From a virus (Duplodnaviria; Heunggongvirae; Uroviricota; Caudoviricetes), in IMG/VR virus record IMGVR_UViG_3300029305_004082: 64,000 nucleotides of DNA; one strand, given 5' to 3'. Shown piece by piece: positions 27,883 to 37,632 of the stretch; position 1 is the first letter of the stretch; the number at the start of each line of letters is the position of its first letter. The notes under the pieces are model-generated. The model was not told the origin of the DNA and made no database searches. It was given only the letters and a program-made list of their open reading frames with translations. The position numbers were made by a program, and so were the translations under genes.

Positions 27883-29001
27883 ATGTGCGAGTACGCATAT
27901 AAATTTCGCATATATCCTACAGATAAGCAGGAACAGCAAATACTTCGCACATTCGGCTGCTGTAGGTATGTCTACAACTATTTCCTCGCGCTGAGGAGAG
28001 ATACGTACGCTGTGGAAAGCAAAACCATAAACTACAATGAGTGTTCCCGACAGCTCACTCTCCTAAAGCCTGCATTGCCCTGGCTGGAGGAAGTAGACGC
28101 AACAGCGCTACAGTCCTCTTTGAGGGCATTGGATACGGCTTATCAGAACTTCTTCGCCAAGATTAAGAAAGGGGAAAAGCCTGGCTATCCTCAGTTCAAG
28201 AGTAAGCGCAGCCCCGACCAGAAATACAAGAGCAAAAACAACAGAGGCACTATCAGAATCGAGGACGGCAAGCTCCGTCTGCCCCTGCTCGGATTTGTCA
28301 AGTGTCGCATATCCAGAGAAGTAAAAGGGCGCATACTCTCAGCTACCGTATCTCGCAATCCCAGCGGTAAGTATTTCGTATCCCTGTGTTGTACTGATGT
28401 AGAAATAGAGCCCTTGCCCCATACTGGTGCTATGGTAGGCGTTGATATGGGAATAAGCTCATATGCTGTCACATCTGACGGGATAGAGTATCCCAATCAT
28501 AAATACTTCGCCCAGTCTGAGAAACAACTGGCGCGACTGCAAAGGCAGCTCTCCCGAAAGACAAAGGGGAGTAATCGGCGCAGTAAGGCCAAAGCAAAGG
28601 TGGCAAGGCTCCATGAACACATACACAACCAGAGGCAGGACATGTTGCACAAGCTGTCTACACAGTTGGTAAGGGAATACGATGTAATCTGCATTGAGGA
28701 CCTGGCACCCAGCGATATGGTTAAGAACCACAAGCTGGCCAAGGACATATCTGACGCAGCATGGGGTGAGTTCAGAAGAATGCTCACCTACAAGGCGGAC
28801 TGGTATGGCAAAGAAGTGGTCACGGTGGACAGGTTCTTCCCATCAAGCCAGCTGTGCTCATGTTGCGGAGCAAAGTGGTCAGGAACCAAAGACCTCTCCG
28901 TAAGAGAGTGGACCTGCCCTGATTGCGGAGCACGTCACAACAGAGACCACAATGCAGCACTAAACATTCTCAACGAAGGTCTGCGCATCTTAGCAACGTA
29001 G
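27883..29001 (+). CDS. tnpB: TnpB (OrfB) RNA-guided endonuclease, IS605 family
   Basis: N-terminal YKFRIYPT...Q...L...FG..RYVYN (OrfB N-terminal HTH), Ruv[21 protein letters not shown], Ruv[14 protein letters not shown]-terminal CxxC...CxxC zinc ribbon. Confidence 0.8.
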   Translation: MCEYAYKFRIYPTDKQEQQILRTFGCCRYVYNYFLALRRDTYAVESKTINYNECSRQLTLLKPALPWLEEVDATALQSSLRALDTAYQNFFAKIKKGEKPGYPQFKSKRSPDQKYKSKNNRGTIRIEDGKLRLPLLGFVKCRISREVKGRILSATVSRNPSGKYFVSLCCTDVEIEPLPHTGAMVGVDMGISSYAVTSDGIEYPNHKYFAQSEKQLARLQRQLSRKTKGSNRRSKAKAKVARLHEHIHNQRQDMLHKLSTQLVREYDVICIEDLAPSDMVKNHKLAKDISDAAWGEFRRMLTYKADWYGKEVVTVDRFFPSSQLCSCCGAKWSGTKDLSVREWTCPDCGARHNRDHNAALNILNEGLRILAT

Positions 29002-29145
29002 ACTTAACATCAACGGTAGGGTAGGACATACCCGAACCTTCAACGCTCGGGGACACCGTGTAAGACCTCGCTCAATGCAGGCTGTGGCGAGCGAACCGAG
29101 AATCCCCTGGATTTATCCATGGGGAGTGTCAAATCACTATAGTAT
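29002..29145 (+). ncRNA. putative omega-RNA (reRNA) / right-end region of the TnpB element
   Basis: About 140-nt GC-rich structured sequence immediately 3' of tnpB with terminal hairpin; no ORF. Confidence 0.4.
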
Positions 29146-29162
29146 ATAAGGAGGTAAACAAA

Positions 29163-29393
29163 ATGAACAAAATGAGAAGGTCTGACATAGACGACTTGAT
29201 TACTGCTCTGGAAAAATTAAGAGAGAAGACCGAGGATATTCTGAGTGCGGAGCAGGACTACTATGACAACATGCCCGAAAACCTCCAATCAAGCAGCCGT
29301 GCCGATGCCGCCGAAGAAGCTATTAGCAATTTAGAGGATGCAATATCATCAATAGAAGATGCGATAGGCAGTCTTGAGGAGGCAAAAGCATGA
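29163..29393 (+). CDS. hypothetical acidic coiled-coil small protein
   Basis: RBS AAGGAGGTAAAC; 76 aa. Confidence 0.45.
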   Translation: MNKMRRSDIDDLITALEKLREKTEDILSAEQDYYDNMPENLQSSSRADAAEEAISNLEDAISSIEDAIGSLEEAKA

Positions 29394-30070
29394 GGGGAAC
29401 AACAGCTCCCCTCCTTTCTGGAAAGGTAATACAATTTCCAAAAAGGAAGGTATATAGTAAATCAACCACGGGATATAAATCCACCGGCGGCAGAGTCCCC
29501 CATGCCGCAGACCCGATTCCGCCAGAAGCCCTAAGCCGCATTAAGGATTACTTTTCTGGAAAAGAATTTGGCTTGCGCAACTGGACTTTTTTAATTTTTG
29601 GTATCAATTCGGGCAACAGATGCGGCGATATCGGCAAGTTGCGCATCGGCGATGTGGTAGGATTTGACGGCCAGATTAAGACTGATGTAGAATACATGGC
29701 ACAGAAAACCCGAACGTGGGAACACCTTTATATCCGCGATGAATTAAAGCCAGACATTGCGGCGTACATCAAAACATTACCAGACCAGTCGAGAGGAGCG
29801 TGGTTATTTCCAACAAAGACAGGTTGCCCGATGAGTTCAAAGACGTACTGGAAAATACTTAAAAAAACCAGTGAGGATTTGAATCTGGACTTTCACCTCA
29901 GCACACACTCAATGCGCAAAACATTGGGTAAAGCGGCTTACGAAACATATGGGATGGACGGAGCGAGGGAAATGCTTCGCCACAAGAACAATCAGGTCAC
30001 AGCAAGATATATTGGAGTCACAGAAGAAGCAGTTCGAGAAAAGGCCCTAAAATTACCTACAATCAAATGA
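29390..30070 (+). CDS. short tyrosine site-specific recombinase (catalytic domain)
   Basis: Box motifs: GNRCGDIGKLRIGDV (Arg I), HSMRKT (H-x-x-R), LRHKNNQVTARYIG (H...Y); 226 aa. Confidence 0.65.
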   Translation: MRGTTAPLLSGKVIQFPKRKVYSKSTTGYKSTGGRVPHAADPIPPEALSRIKDYFSGKEFGLRNWTFLIFGINSGNRCGDIGKLRIGDVVGFDGQIKTDVEYMAQKTRTWEHLYIRDELKPDIAAYIKTLPDQSRGAWLFPTKTGCPMSSKTYWKILKKTSEDLNLDFHLSTHSMRKTLGKAAYETYGMDGAREMLRHKNNQVTARYIGVTEEAVREKALKLPTIK

Positions 30071-30100
30071 CGGAGGCGGTAATCCCGCCTCCTTTTTTTG
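30071..30100 (+). terminator. rho-independent terminator
   Basis: CGGAGGCGGtaatcCCGCCTCC + TTTTTTT. Confidence 0.7.
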
Positions 30101-30194
30101 CGGAAAAATTTCTCATTGAGAAACAAATCTATCTGTAGTATAATAAAATACACCAAACAAATGTTCGATAATTTCTGGAAAAGGAGTCAAATAT

Positions 30195-31523
30195 ATGCAG
30201 AACATATCTATTAATTCCCTCAAACCCCATGAAAAGAATGATTACTTCTTCGATGATATGACGGGTTCCAAATGGTATGAATTTATTGAATCAATTCGTA
30301 CAAGCGGTGTAATTGAACCCATCGTTGTAACACGGGACTTCACCATTGTTTCCGGCCATCAGCGGGTCAGGGCGTGCAAGGAACTGGGTATTGAAGAAAT
30401 ACCTGCAAGGGTTAAGGATTACGCCGATGAAGATGCCATTATAAAGGACCTTCTGGAAACCAATGTGCGGCAGCGGGGTAACATCGACGGCAGCGCACTT
30501 AAGCTTGGACGCATTATTGCAGAGTTGGAAAGGATATACGGGATTCAGCATGGTAACAACCAGAGGACTTCCCATAATGGGAACTCCTCGGAACCTAAAT
30601 CACAGGACGAGTTGTTTGCTATGCTTGGTATAAGTTCAAGCTCTTACCATAGAGCTAAAAACCTTATTGAACTTATTCCTGAACTGCAGGATTCTCTTGA
30701 AGAAGGTTTTATTTCGGCTACCGCCGCTTCCAACCTTCTTGCCCGTCTTTCCAAAGAAGAACAGATTGCTGTATTTGCCGCCATGCCCAAGGATGTTAAA
30801 CTGTCTCAGCGTGAAGTAAAGGAATACATTGACGAAATTCGTGAGGAAGACGCAGAGGACTTTGAAGATATGCAGAAGCGTATTAAGCAGGCGAATTCCG
30901 AATTGGAAAAAGCTAAGGCAGAAATCCAGAATGCGAAACTTGAAGTTGCGCAGGTACGCCGCGAAATGGAGCGAGCTGACCGTGATGTTGCGGGAGAAGT
31001 TATGAATAAGCTGAATCTCTCCGAACTACAGCTTCGTGATGAATATGAGAAGCACGAGAAGACAAAAGTTCAGCTTCGTAACATAGCGTCCGAAAACTTC
31101 GAATTAAAAGACCAGAAGAGGAAAGCCGAAGCCCTGCTTGAATCCGCCCGTAAGAGGCTCGATGAACTTAAGAGTGTGGAAGAGTCCGGTCTGAGCATTG
31201 AAAACCAGAAGAAGATGGAAGAGCTCTTCAATCAGATTTCTCTTCTGGAAAAGAAATGCATGGAACTTGAGCGTGAAAATGAAGAACTCGCTGAAGCACA
31301 GCGTGCATATTGCTGTGATGTCGAGGAGCTTCTTAGATTTACCGAGAATGCTTGTAACGTAATTGATGCGTACTCCCGTGATGGCAGTACGATTGACCTT
31401 GTGGCGGCCAATCCCGAAGTAAAGCGCAAGGTAGAAACCCGAGTAAATACCCTGATTGATAGCGCAAAACGAATCATTAATTCTCTCTACGGTACTGAGT
31501 TCGCAGACATCGCCGTGGTTTGA
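30195..31523 (+). CDS. ParB-like nuclease-domain protein with long C-terminal coiled coil
   Basis: N-terminus PHEKNDYFF...EPIVVTRDFTIVSGHQRVRACKELGIEEIPARV (ParB N-terminal domain); C-terminal about 200 aa E/K-rich heptads. Confidence 0.55.
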   Translation: MQNISINSLKPHEKNDYFFDDMTGSKWYEFIESIRTSGVIEPIVVTRDFTIVSGHQRVRACKELGIEEIPARVKDYADEDAIIKDLLETNVRQRGNIDGSALKLGRIIAELERIYGIQHGNNQRTSHNGNSSEPKSQDELFAMLGISSSSYHRAKNLIELIPELQDSLEEGFISATAASNLLARLSKEEQIAVFAAMPKDVKLSQREVKEYIDEIREEDAEDFEDMQKRIKQANSELEKAKAEIQNAKLEVAQVRREMERADRDVAGEVMNKLNLSELQLRDEYEKHEKTKVQLRNIASENFELKDQKRKAEALLESARKRLDELKSVEESGLSIENQKKMEELFNQISLLEKKCMELERENEELAEAQRAYCCDVEELLRFTENACNVIDAYSRDGSTIDLVAANPEVKRKVETRVNTLIDSAKRIINSLYGTEFADIAVV

Positions 31524-31603
31524 TTTTTGTGCCAAAAAGTGCTATAATATAGGTGTAATCGAGGGTTGCAAGAGCGACCTAATTTTTATTTTTGGAGGTA
31601 CTA

Positions 31604-32422
31604 ATGGAAGTTAGTGCAAAAGGTTTTATCGCAATGGTAATTGTTGTTCTGCTTGTAGCAGGTTTGCTTCTTTCTATTGCAAATGTTCCTACTGGACACA
31701 CCGGCATTGTAGTAACATTTGGTAGGGTTGAGAATCGCACTCTGGAAAGTGGCATTCACTTTAAGCTGCCTTGGCAGAGGGTTGTTAAAATGGATAATCG
31801 TGTCCAGAAGGAAACCATACAGCTTGCCTGTTTCAGTTCCGATATCCAGGAAGTCAGCATGGTGTATACTATCAACTACCAGATAGACAGCAGTAATGCG
31901 ATGCAGATTTATCGCAATATTGGTAAGGATTATTACAACACAATTATTCTTCCCAACAGCATGGAATCCATAAAGGTAATTGCAGCACAGTATACCGCCG
32001 AAGAACTTGTTGGTGAACGCAGTAAGATGGCGCAGGATATCGAGGAAAATCTTGCCGCAAAGCTTAAGGATTACAATATTTATCTGGTAAGCACTTCTGT
32101 TGAAGATATGGATTTTACTGACGCATTTACTAATGCAGTTGAAGACAAGCAGGTTGCCGCACAGAATAAGCTGCGTGCCGAGACCGAAGCTGAACAGAAG
32201 ATTATCGAAGCCAACGCCGCCGCAGAAGTTCGCAAGGTAGAGGCAGAGGCAGAAGCTTTTGAGATTATGACTAAGGCAGAAGCAGAAGCGGCCGCCAACG
32301 AAAAGATTGCATCCAGTATTACGAACACCCTTATTGACTATGTTCAGGCAAATAACTGGAATGGCGAATATCCTACTTATTACGGTGGAAACGGCTCCCT
32401 GATTCTGAATGGACTTGAGTAG
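31604..32422 (+). CDS. SPFH/band-7 (stomatin/prohibitin/HflC-like) membrane protein
   Basis: N-terminal TM helix then GHTGIVVTFGRVENRTLESGIHFKLPWQRVVKMDNRVQ (SPFH core) and an Ala/Glu-rich coiled coil; RBS GGAGGT. Confidence 0.6.
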   Translation: MEVSAKGFIAMVIVVLLVAGLLLSIANVPTGHTGIVVTFGRVENRTLESGIHFKLPWQRVVKMDNRVQKETIQLACFSSDIQEVSMVYTINYQIDSSNAMQIYRNIGKDYYNTIILPNSMESIKVIAAQYTAEELVGERSKMAQDIEENLAAKLKDYNIYLVSTSVEDMDFTDAFTNAVEDKQVAAQNKLRAETEAEQKIIEANAAAEVRKVEAEAEAFEIMTKAEAEAAANEKIASSITNTLIDYVQANNWNGEYPTYYGGNGSLILNGLE

Positions 32423-32647
32423 AGGGGATGTGGTAGCATATTAACAGCAAAGCAAAGTCGTCTCGGGCAATACCGAGAAGCGATTGCCGAAACAGAAGTC
32501 CTTCTGCGATGTTTTGAAAAAGAGGTATATCCAGAAGGATTACAAAAATCAATATCTGAAATGAGCGAGGAAGAGTGCGATAAAGAAATGCAACTCTTTT
32601 TTGTTTTGCAAAAACGGTTAAAAAGTAGATTAAATAGGATTAAATAG

Positions 32648-33292
32648 ATGCCACGAATTCACGATTTAACGGGTAATAAATTTGGCAGACTGTTGGTTAT
32701 AAGTAAGGCTCCATCAAAAGGAAAAAATTCGGTGTGGCATTGCCTATGTGATTGCGGGAAAGAGGTAGACGTAAGGGCAGATTGCTTGATGTCTGGCGCA
32801 TCACAATCTTGTGGATGTTTGTGTCGTGAAAAATCAGGAGAAAGGGTAAAACAGATTAAACCTCATACAATACACGGCAAATCAAATACTCGACTATGGG
32901 CAATTTGGATGGGGATGAAAGCGAGGTGCTATAACCCAAATGTTGAAAAGTTTAAAAATTATGGTAGCCGGGGCATTAAAATATGCGATGGTTGGCTATC
33001 TGATTTTAAAAGCTTTTATGATTGGGCGGTGGAAAACGGGTACGATGACTCACTATCTATTGAACGCATAAATGTAGACGGCGATTATTGTCCAGATAAC
33101 TGCACATGGATTCCGATGAGTGAGCAAAGATTAAATAAAACCAATAGCCATTTTGTAACCATAAACGGAGAAACAAAAATATTGCATGAGTGGTTAAAAA
33201 TCACCGGCGTACCACCATGGGTATTTTATAAGAGAGTCAACGATGGTTGGCCTGAAGAATTGGCGGCAACGAAAGAATATAGAAAGGGATAA
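32648..33292 (+). CDS. conserved phage Cys-rich DNA-binding-type protein (LTGxxFGRL...CxCDCG...SCGC family)
   Basis: LTGNKFGRLLVISKAP...WHCLCDCGKE...SQSCGCL...RLWAIWMGMKARCYNP...YGSRGIKIC; family function uncertain. Confidence 0.4.
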   Translation: MPRIHDLTGNKFGRLLVISKAPSKGKNSVWHCLCDCGKEVDVRADCLMSGASQSCGCLCREKSGERVKQIKPHTIHGKSNTRLWAIWMGMKARCYNPNVEKFKNYGSRGIKICDGWLSDFKSFYDWAVENGYDDSLSIERINVDGDYCPDNCTWIPMSEQRLNKTNSHFVTINGETKILHEWLKITGVPPWVFYKRVNDGWPEELAATKEYRKG

Positions 33293-33295
33293 AAT

Positions 33296-34225
33296 ATGGC
33301 ATTTAAAGTTCAGAAAGCGGTTAGAGAAAAGATATTTGTTAAGATTGCACTGATGGGTGCGTCTGGAGCAGGTAAGTCATACAGCGCACTCAAGCTTGCA
33401 ACTGGTATGACTGATGAACTCGAAAAAATGAACAAGAAGGAAGCACGCATCCTTCTGGCAAACACCGAGGATTCTCGTGGCAGGTATTATGCCGATGAAT
33501 TTGAGTATGATATCGTTGATATTGAGCCTCCCCACAACCCCGAAAAGTACGTCGAACTTATTAACTTTGCGGTTGACGAGGGTTATGATGTTCTGATTAT
33601 CGACAGCACATCCCATGAGTGGGAAGGACAGGGTGGTTGTCTTGAACTTCAGCAGAAGGCTGGTGGCAACTATCAGGCTTGGTCAAAGGTTACTCCTCGC
33701 CACAATGCATTCATTGAAGCTATTGCGTCCAGTCCTATTCACATAATTGCAACCATGCGCGGCAAAGACCAGTATGTTATGGAATCCGACGATAAGAATA
33801 AGACTCAGGTAAAGAAGCTTGGCGTTGGTGCAAAGCAGCGTGATGGTTTTGAGTATGAATTCTCCTGCACCTTCCTTATCGACCAGAAGACCCATATGGC
33901 CGAAACTCAGAAGGATAATTCCCACCTATTCGAAGGCTCTATCGGCACCCTGCTGACCGAAGACCATGGCCGCAAGATTATCCAGTGGGCAAACTCCGGT
34001 GAGGGCTATACCCCCAAGGTAAAGAAGCCTGTTGCCACCACCAATCCCAAGGATGTTGTAGATAAGATTTCCGCTGTTGCAAAGGATGCATTTGCAAAGG
34101 GTGTAGATAGGGATGCATTCTACGGTGTGGTCGAGGAAATATGTGGCACCAAGAGTTACAACAAAGTAACTGATGTTGAGCTTCTGGAAAAAACTCTGGA
34201 AGCTGTAAAAAAGCTTAATGTGTAA
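33296..34225 (+). CDS. RecA-like AAA ATPase (Sak4-type recombination ATPase)
   Basis: Walker A GASGAGKS, Walker B VLIIDS; sits beside SSB-like and nuclease genes. Confidence 0.55.
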   Translation: MAFKVQKAVREKIFVKIALMGASGAGKSYSALKLATGMTDELEKMNKKEARILLANTEDSRGRYYADEFEYDIVDIEPPHNPEKYVELINFAVDEGYDVLIIDSTSHEWEGQGGCLELQQKAGGNYQAWSKVTPRHNAFIEAIASSPIHIIATMRGKDQYVMESDDKNKTQVKKLGVGAKQRDGFEYEFSCTFLIDQKTHMAETQKDNSHLFEGSIGTLLTEDHGRKIIQWANSGEGYTPKVKKPVATTNPKDVVDKISAVAKDAFAKGVDRDAFYGVVEEICGTKSYNKVTDVELLEKTLEAVKKLNV

Positions 34226-34237
34226 GGAGAAGTAGAA

Positions 34238-34597
34238 ATGTTTAGTAATGGTAGTTACGCAACTATTTGGGCAAATGAGGACAAGGGTAATTATTCCGTT
34301 CTGGAAATGACTACCAGTAGAAAGGATAAGGAAAGCGGTGAATACAAAACTGATTTTAGCAGTAAGTTTGTACGATTTGTTGGTCAGGCTCATAGCAAAG
34401 CCAAGAAATATAAGCTCGACAGGCAGAGCCGCATAAAGATTGAAAATTGCGGAGTTACTGTGGAGCCCGGTAATAACAACAAATGGTATACCAACTTCGT
34501 CGTATTTGACTTTAGCCTTCCCGAATCCAATAATAAGAGTGCTGATGACGGCGGCTACGATGGCGACTACAACGAAGACGATGAACTCCCCGTATAA
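34238..34597 (+). CDS. putative single-stranded DNA-binding protein (OB fold, acidic tail)
   Basis: 119 aa; acidic C-terminus ...DGDYNEDDELPV reminiscent of SSB tails ending D-D-D-I-P-F. Confidence 0.4.
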   Translation: MFSNGSYATIWANEDKGNYSVLEMTTSRKDKESGEYKTDFSSKFVRFVGQAHSKAKKYKLDRQSRIKIENCGVTVEPGNNNKWYTNFVVFDFSLPESNNKSADDGGYDGDYNEDDELPV

Positions 34598-34979
34598 AAA
34601 CTCCAAAGAAATAGCCGAATTCCTTGATTACATTGACGAGATTTCCAAACATCACGGATATCTGGTTGAAGCATTAGAGGACTGCAATAAGAAACAGCAG
34701 GATTTGCTTCATGCCATCGAAATGAACGAAGATGGTTACAAAGCAAGAAATAAAATGGCGGCACAGTTAGAAACTTGCCGCAAAGAAAGAAGATGGTATA
34801 AGGACAGGGTTGAGGAATCCAACCCTGTCGTATCATTTTTGGCCGACCCGCAAAACAAAGCGGCGATAAATAAACTTAAAAATACGCTGGGCCAGGTGAA
34901 AAAGGCGGAACGGCAACACGAGATGCGCACGTATTGTCCGAGGTCTTTGTCTCCTGAAATAAAAGAATGGTTTCTCTAA
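34581..34979 (+). CDS. hypothetical protein
   Basis: Start MNSPYKNSKEIAEFL; 132 aa. Confidence 0.4.
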   Translation: MNSPYKNSKEIAEFLDYIDEISKHHGYLVEALEDCNKKQQDLLHAIEMNEDGYKARNKMAAQLETCRKERRWYKDRVEESNPVVSFLADPQNKAAINKLKNTLGQVKKAERQHEMRTYCPRSLSPEIKEWFL

Positions 34980-35145
34980 TTTGATTAAGGTTGTGCGAAG
35001 TGAATTGTTACCATTATGCGCTCTCCTTCATGCTCTCGGTTTCCATCTCATAGCCTGTCAGTATGGTACTTACATCAGCAAGAAAAGTATTCGGTATCGC
35101 GCTTCGCACTTCCTTAAGCAAATTGAAGAAGAAAGGATTATAAAC

Positions 35146-36006
35146 ATGGTTGTTTCGTTTTCCAGATTAGGAACGGTAGATAATTGCTGTTACAGCTACT
35201 ACCTACAGTATATCGACGAATGCGGCACTTGCCGTTACTACGATAGGGATTACGGTGTTTGCGACAACACCGAGTGCATTTACTTTGGCAAGGAAATGGC
35301 AAGCAGTAATGTTTGCAATAAATATAAAAAGCTCGAACAGAAGGATAATGCATTTGCTCAGAGCGGCTCATTGGTCCACGAGTTAATGGAAGGCTATGCA
35401 AAAGGATGGCTTGTCGCTGAGGAATTGCCCGAACTGTTTGAAACGTACTTCGACGATTATGTGACCGAGCCATTTCCGTATAATCAATTTGCAGACCTGC
35501 GGGAAAGCTACTTCACTGGAAGTCATGTCTATCTGAGTGAATTTGATGGGTTCGGAGATGATTACGAAGTTGTCGGAAGTGAAATTGATTTTACCATCAA
35601 GATAACCGAAGAAGATTCACTTCATGGATTTATAGACCTTCTGCTGAGAAACAAAAAAACTAATAAACTTGTAGTGTGTGATTACAAATCTAAGGCAAAG
35701 TTCAAAAGCAAAGAAGAACAGGCTCATTACGCAAGGCAGCTCTACTTATACAGCCGTTATATTTTTGAACGGTACGGCGAACTTCCAGAAGAGTTGATAT
35801 TTATCATGTTTCGTAAACAGAATAAGGTACGTATTCCGTTCAATGAAGAGGCTTACGATGAGGCAAACATATGGATGTACACTCAGCTCAACCGCATTAA
35901 AATGCTGAAAGAATTTCCGCCGAAGTACGACGAATTCTTCTGCCGCAACCTTTGCAATTTCTGCAACAGTTGTCCAGAAAAGAAAAAGATAGAAGGAGAA
36001 ATTTAA
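35146..36006 (+). CDS. PD-(D/E)XK nuclease (Cas4/RecB-family exonuclease) with Cys cluster
   Basis: CRYYDRDYGVC (N-terminal Cys), CDYKSKAKFKS (D..K), QLYLYSRY (QxxxY), C-terminal CRNLCNFCNSC. Confidence 0.6.
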   Translation: MVVSFSRLGTVDNCCYSYYLQYIDECGTCRYYDRDYGVCDNTECIYFGKEMASSNVCNKYKKLEQKDNAFAQSGSLVHELMEGYAKGWLVAEELPELFETYFDDYVTEPFPYNQFADLRESYFTGSHVYLSEFDGFGDDYEVVGSEIDFTIKITEEDSLHGFIDLLLRNKKTNKLVVCDYKSKAKFKSKEEQAHYARQLYLYSRYIFERYGELPEELIFIMFRKQNKVRIPFNEEAYDEANIWMYTQLNRIKMLKEFPPKYDEFFCRNLCNFCNSCPEKKKIEGEI

Positions 36007-36007
36007 T

Positions 36008-36295
36008 ATGCGCAACACATGGAAGGTATTTGCGAGCATACTGCTTGCACTATTCATACTGGCAGGCACGCTGATGTTTATAACAAAGGCTGAGGCTTAC
36101 AATGCAACATGGTTTGATACAACTTACCGTTTTGACAAGGCTTGGATTTATATGCCAGACGGCTCCGTTGTAATCGGCGAAGTTGAATCATGGAAGGATT
36201 GGGAAGATAGTGACGCAGTACAGGTGAAGATAAAGAACGGCGGCACATATTACACCCACCTTAGTAACGTAGTGCTGATGGCGAAGAAAAAGTAA
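36008..36295 (+). CDS. membrane-anchored small protein
   Basis: N-terminal TM VFASILLALFILAGTLMFI; 95 aa. Confidence 0.45.
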   Translation: MRNTWKVFASILLALFILAGTLMFITKAEAYNATWFDTTYRFDKAWIYMPDGSVVIGEVESWKDWEDSDAVQVKIKNGGTYYTHLSNVVLMAKKK

Positions 36296-37632
36296 TGGCA
36301 GTAGAAGAGATTGTCGATATCCAGTCCGAAGCCGGTGTGGTTGGCACATTAATATGTCATCCCGAATTTATACATTTTAGTGACGAGCTGTTGCCGAATC
36401 ATTTTAGCAACGACCTCAACCGAATTTATTATGAGTCTGTTGGATATCTGGGCCGAGAAGGTATAAAAGAAATCGACTCGTACAATATATCCACAGCAAT
36501 GAACACGCTGAAAATAAAGAATCAGCCCACCACCTACGAGATAGACGACTTCATCATAAACAGTCAGTTGGTGGCTCGTCACAGCCCCGAGGAATACAAG
36601 ATGCTTGTGCGCAATGTGTCGGACAAGGCTTTCCGCCGTGACCTGCGCCGCAAACTGGTTGAGTGCCAAGGATTGTGCGGCAACGCAAACGAGTTCCAGA
36701 TACAGCAGAAGGTGTATGACACACTGGATTCTGTCATGTTGGATTATTCAAATGCAAAAGATATTCCCGAATACAAGGATGTGGTCGATGAACTGTTTGA
36801 TAAAATAGAGGCGGGTAAGGAAAAGAACCGCAACATTGGTTGGGAATTTGAGTTTCCTTCTTTGCACGAATACCTTTCTATTGACCGTGAAGAACTTTGT
36901 ATCGTTGCGGCGACAGAAAAAACAGGCAAGAGTTTGCTTCTGATGCAGAACGCCGTTAATCTATTGAAGAAGGGAGCGTCAGTTCTGTATCTGGATTCCG
37001 AGCTTAGCTCAGTTCAGTTCACGGCAAGATTGCTCACACATCTCACTGGCATACCGTACCGCAAGATTAAGCACGTCGAGTACAATGAGGAAGAACGAGA
37101 GCGTCTTCTGGCAGCAAAAGAAGAAATGAAGACGTGGAAGTTTACACATCTGTATATGCCGATAATGACCGACAATGATATTTATATGGCTTTCAAGAAA
37201 GTAATGCATCAACGCGGCGTTGATGTTTTTATTTTGGATTACATTAAGTCATCAAGCGATGACAAGGTTACTGAGAACGTAATGGGTAAAAATTACACTG
37301 CACTCGGCAACCGTGTAAATCTGATAAAGAATACTATTTGCGGCCAGTATCATGTTGCAGGTCTGGCAGCAGTACAGCTTACTGCTGGTGGAAAGATTGC
37401 GGACAGTGCCAACATCGCAAGGTTTGCCAGTTCGATTCTGATTCTGCGGGATAAGACGGACGACGAAATAGAAGATGATGGCGACCCAACGCAAACAAAA
37501 GCATTGATTGTTTACCGAAATCGCAATGGTGAACAGATGCGGGGTGAAGATTATATAAGTTTGAAATTTGACCCCATAAGCATACGGTTCTCTGAACCGA
37601 AGGAACAACCCAAGCGAAAGGAACCTGTTTAA
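36295..37632 (+). CDS. dnaB: replicative DNA helicase DnaB
   Basis: DnaB N-terminal domain then Walker A AATEKTGKS, FILDYIKSS, RecA-like C-terminal domain; 445 aa. Confidence 0.75.
   Translation: MAVEEIVDIQSEAGVVGTLICHPEFIHFSDELLPNHFSNDLNRIYYESVGYLGREGIKEIDSYNISTAMNTLKIKNQPTTYEIDDFIINSQLVARHSPEEYKMLVRNVSDKAFRRDLRRKLVECQGLCGNANEFQIQQKVYDTLDSVMLDYSNAKDIPEYKDVVDELFDKIEAGKEKNRNIGWEFEFPSLHEYLSIDREELCIVAATEKTGKSLLLMQNAVNLLKKGASVLYLDSELSSVQFTARLLTHLTGIPYRKIKHVEYNEEERERLLAAKEEMKTWKFTHLYMPIMTDNDIYMAFKKVMHQRGVDVFILDYIKSSSDDKVTENVMGKNYTALGNRVNLIKNTICGQYHVAGLAAVQLTAGGKIADSANIARFASSILILRDKTDDEIEDDGDPTQTKALIVYRNRNGEQMRGEDYISLKFDPISIRFSEPKEQPKRKEPV

Larger units (their letters stand above)
27700..29145 (+). 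mobile_element. IS200/IS605-family tnpB-only insertion element (IS1341-like); boundaries approximate
   Basis: AT-rich left end with 32-nt tandem direct repeat TAACTCTAT(G/A)CTATTACTATAAAATA x2 (27714-27781); tnpB ORF; structured 3' tail with hairpin CCCCTGGATTTATCCATGGGG. Confidence 0.55.

Noticed and set aside
32423-32647. Global TAG stop-codon recoding (genetic code 15) in this phage
   Set aside because: Most genes in the window end normally with a mix of TAA, TGA and TAG, and large conserved genes are intact under the standard code. Only isolated post-TAG open frames were seen. No suppressor tRNA was found among the three identified tRNAs.
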